A model generated the notes under the pieces. That model saw nothing but the letters and a program-made list of their open reading frames with translations, was not told where the DNA came from and made no database searches. Position numbers and translations under genes: made by a program. A DNA stretch of 64,000 nucleotides. Origin: Bugula neritina (Eukaryota; Animalia; Bryozoa). Shown here piece after piece: positions 63,977 through 64,000 of this stretch (position 1 is its first letter; every line of letters begins with the position of its first letter). The stretch lies in assembly GCA_964035545.1 (NCBI GenBank), contig OZ037765.1, forward strand, positions 7,636,698 to 7,700,697, written 5' to 3'.

Positions 63977-64000
63977 CCAATGATACACTTGCTACACACT

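Overview
AT-rich, intron-rich animal genomic DNA (invertebrate-like; species cannot be fixed from sequence alone). Reading splice sites and exon phases by hand gives five protein genes. (1) A secreted IgGFc-binding-domain (FCGBP N-terminal-type) repeat protein on the minus strand (12128 to beyond the left edge), whose two tandem domains are separated by an acidic DGxDNDCDGxxDE (MopE-like) linker. (2) STPG2 (+, 16752-26572, 10 exons). (3) A complete netrin receptor UNC5 (+, 38219-53852, 19 exons, about 999 aa) with a probable second signal-peptide first exon at 29216-29294. (4) An unnamed Cys-rich secreted protein with a predicted GPI anchor (-, 57849-55082). (5) The 3' part of a SAAL1-like gene (-, 63749-59353). 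A young Ty3/gypsy element (8855-11448; 287-bp LTRs differing at one base; GCAAC target-site duplication) lies in the intron after the first coding exon of gene 1. Its tRNA-Leu primer-binding site is fused directly to the tail of RT, so gag, protease and the RT core are missing. Also present: a 131-bp hairpin MITE, a 484-bp fold-back palindrome, two copies of a tRNA-derived SINE, and three intronic tandem arrays, one with higher-order structure. No CRISPR array, rRNA or intact tRNA gene was found.
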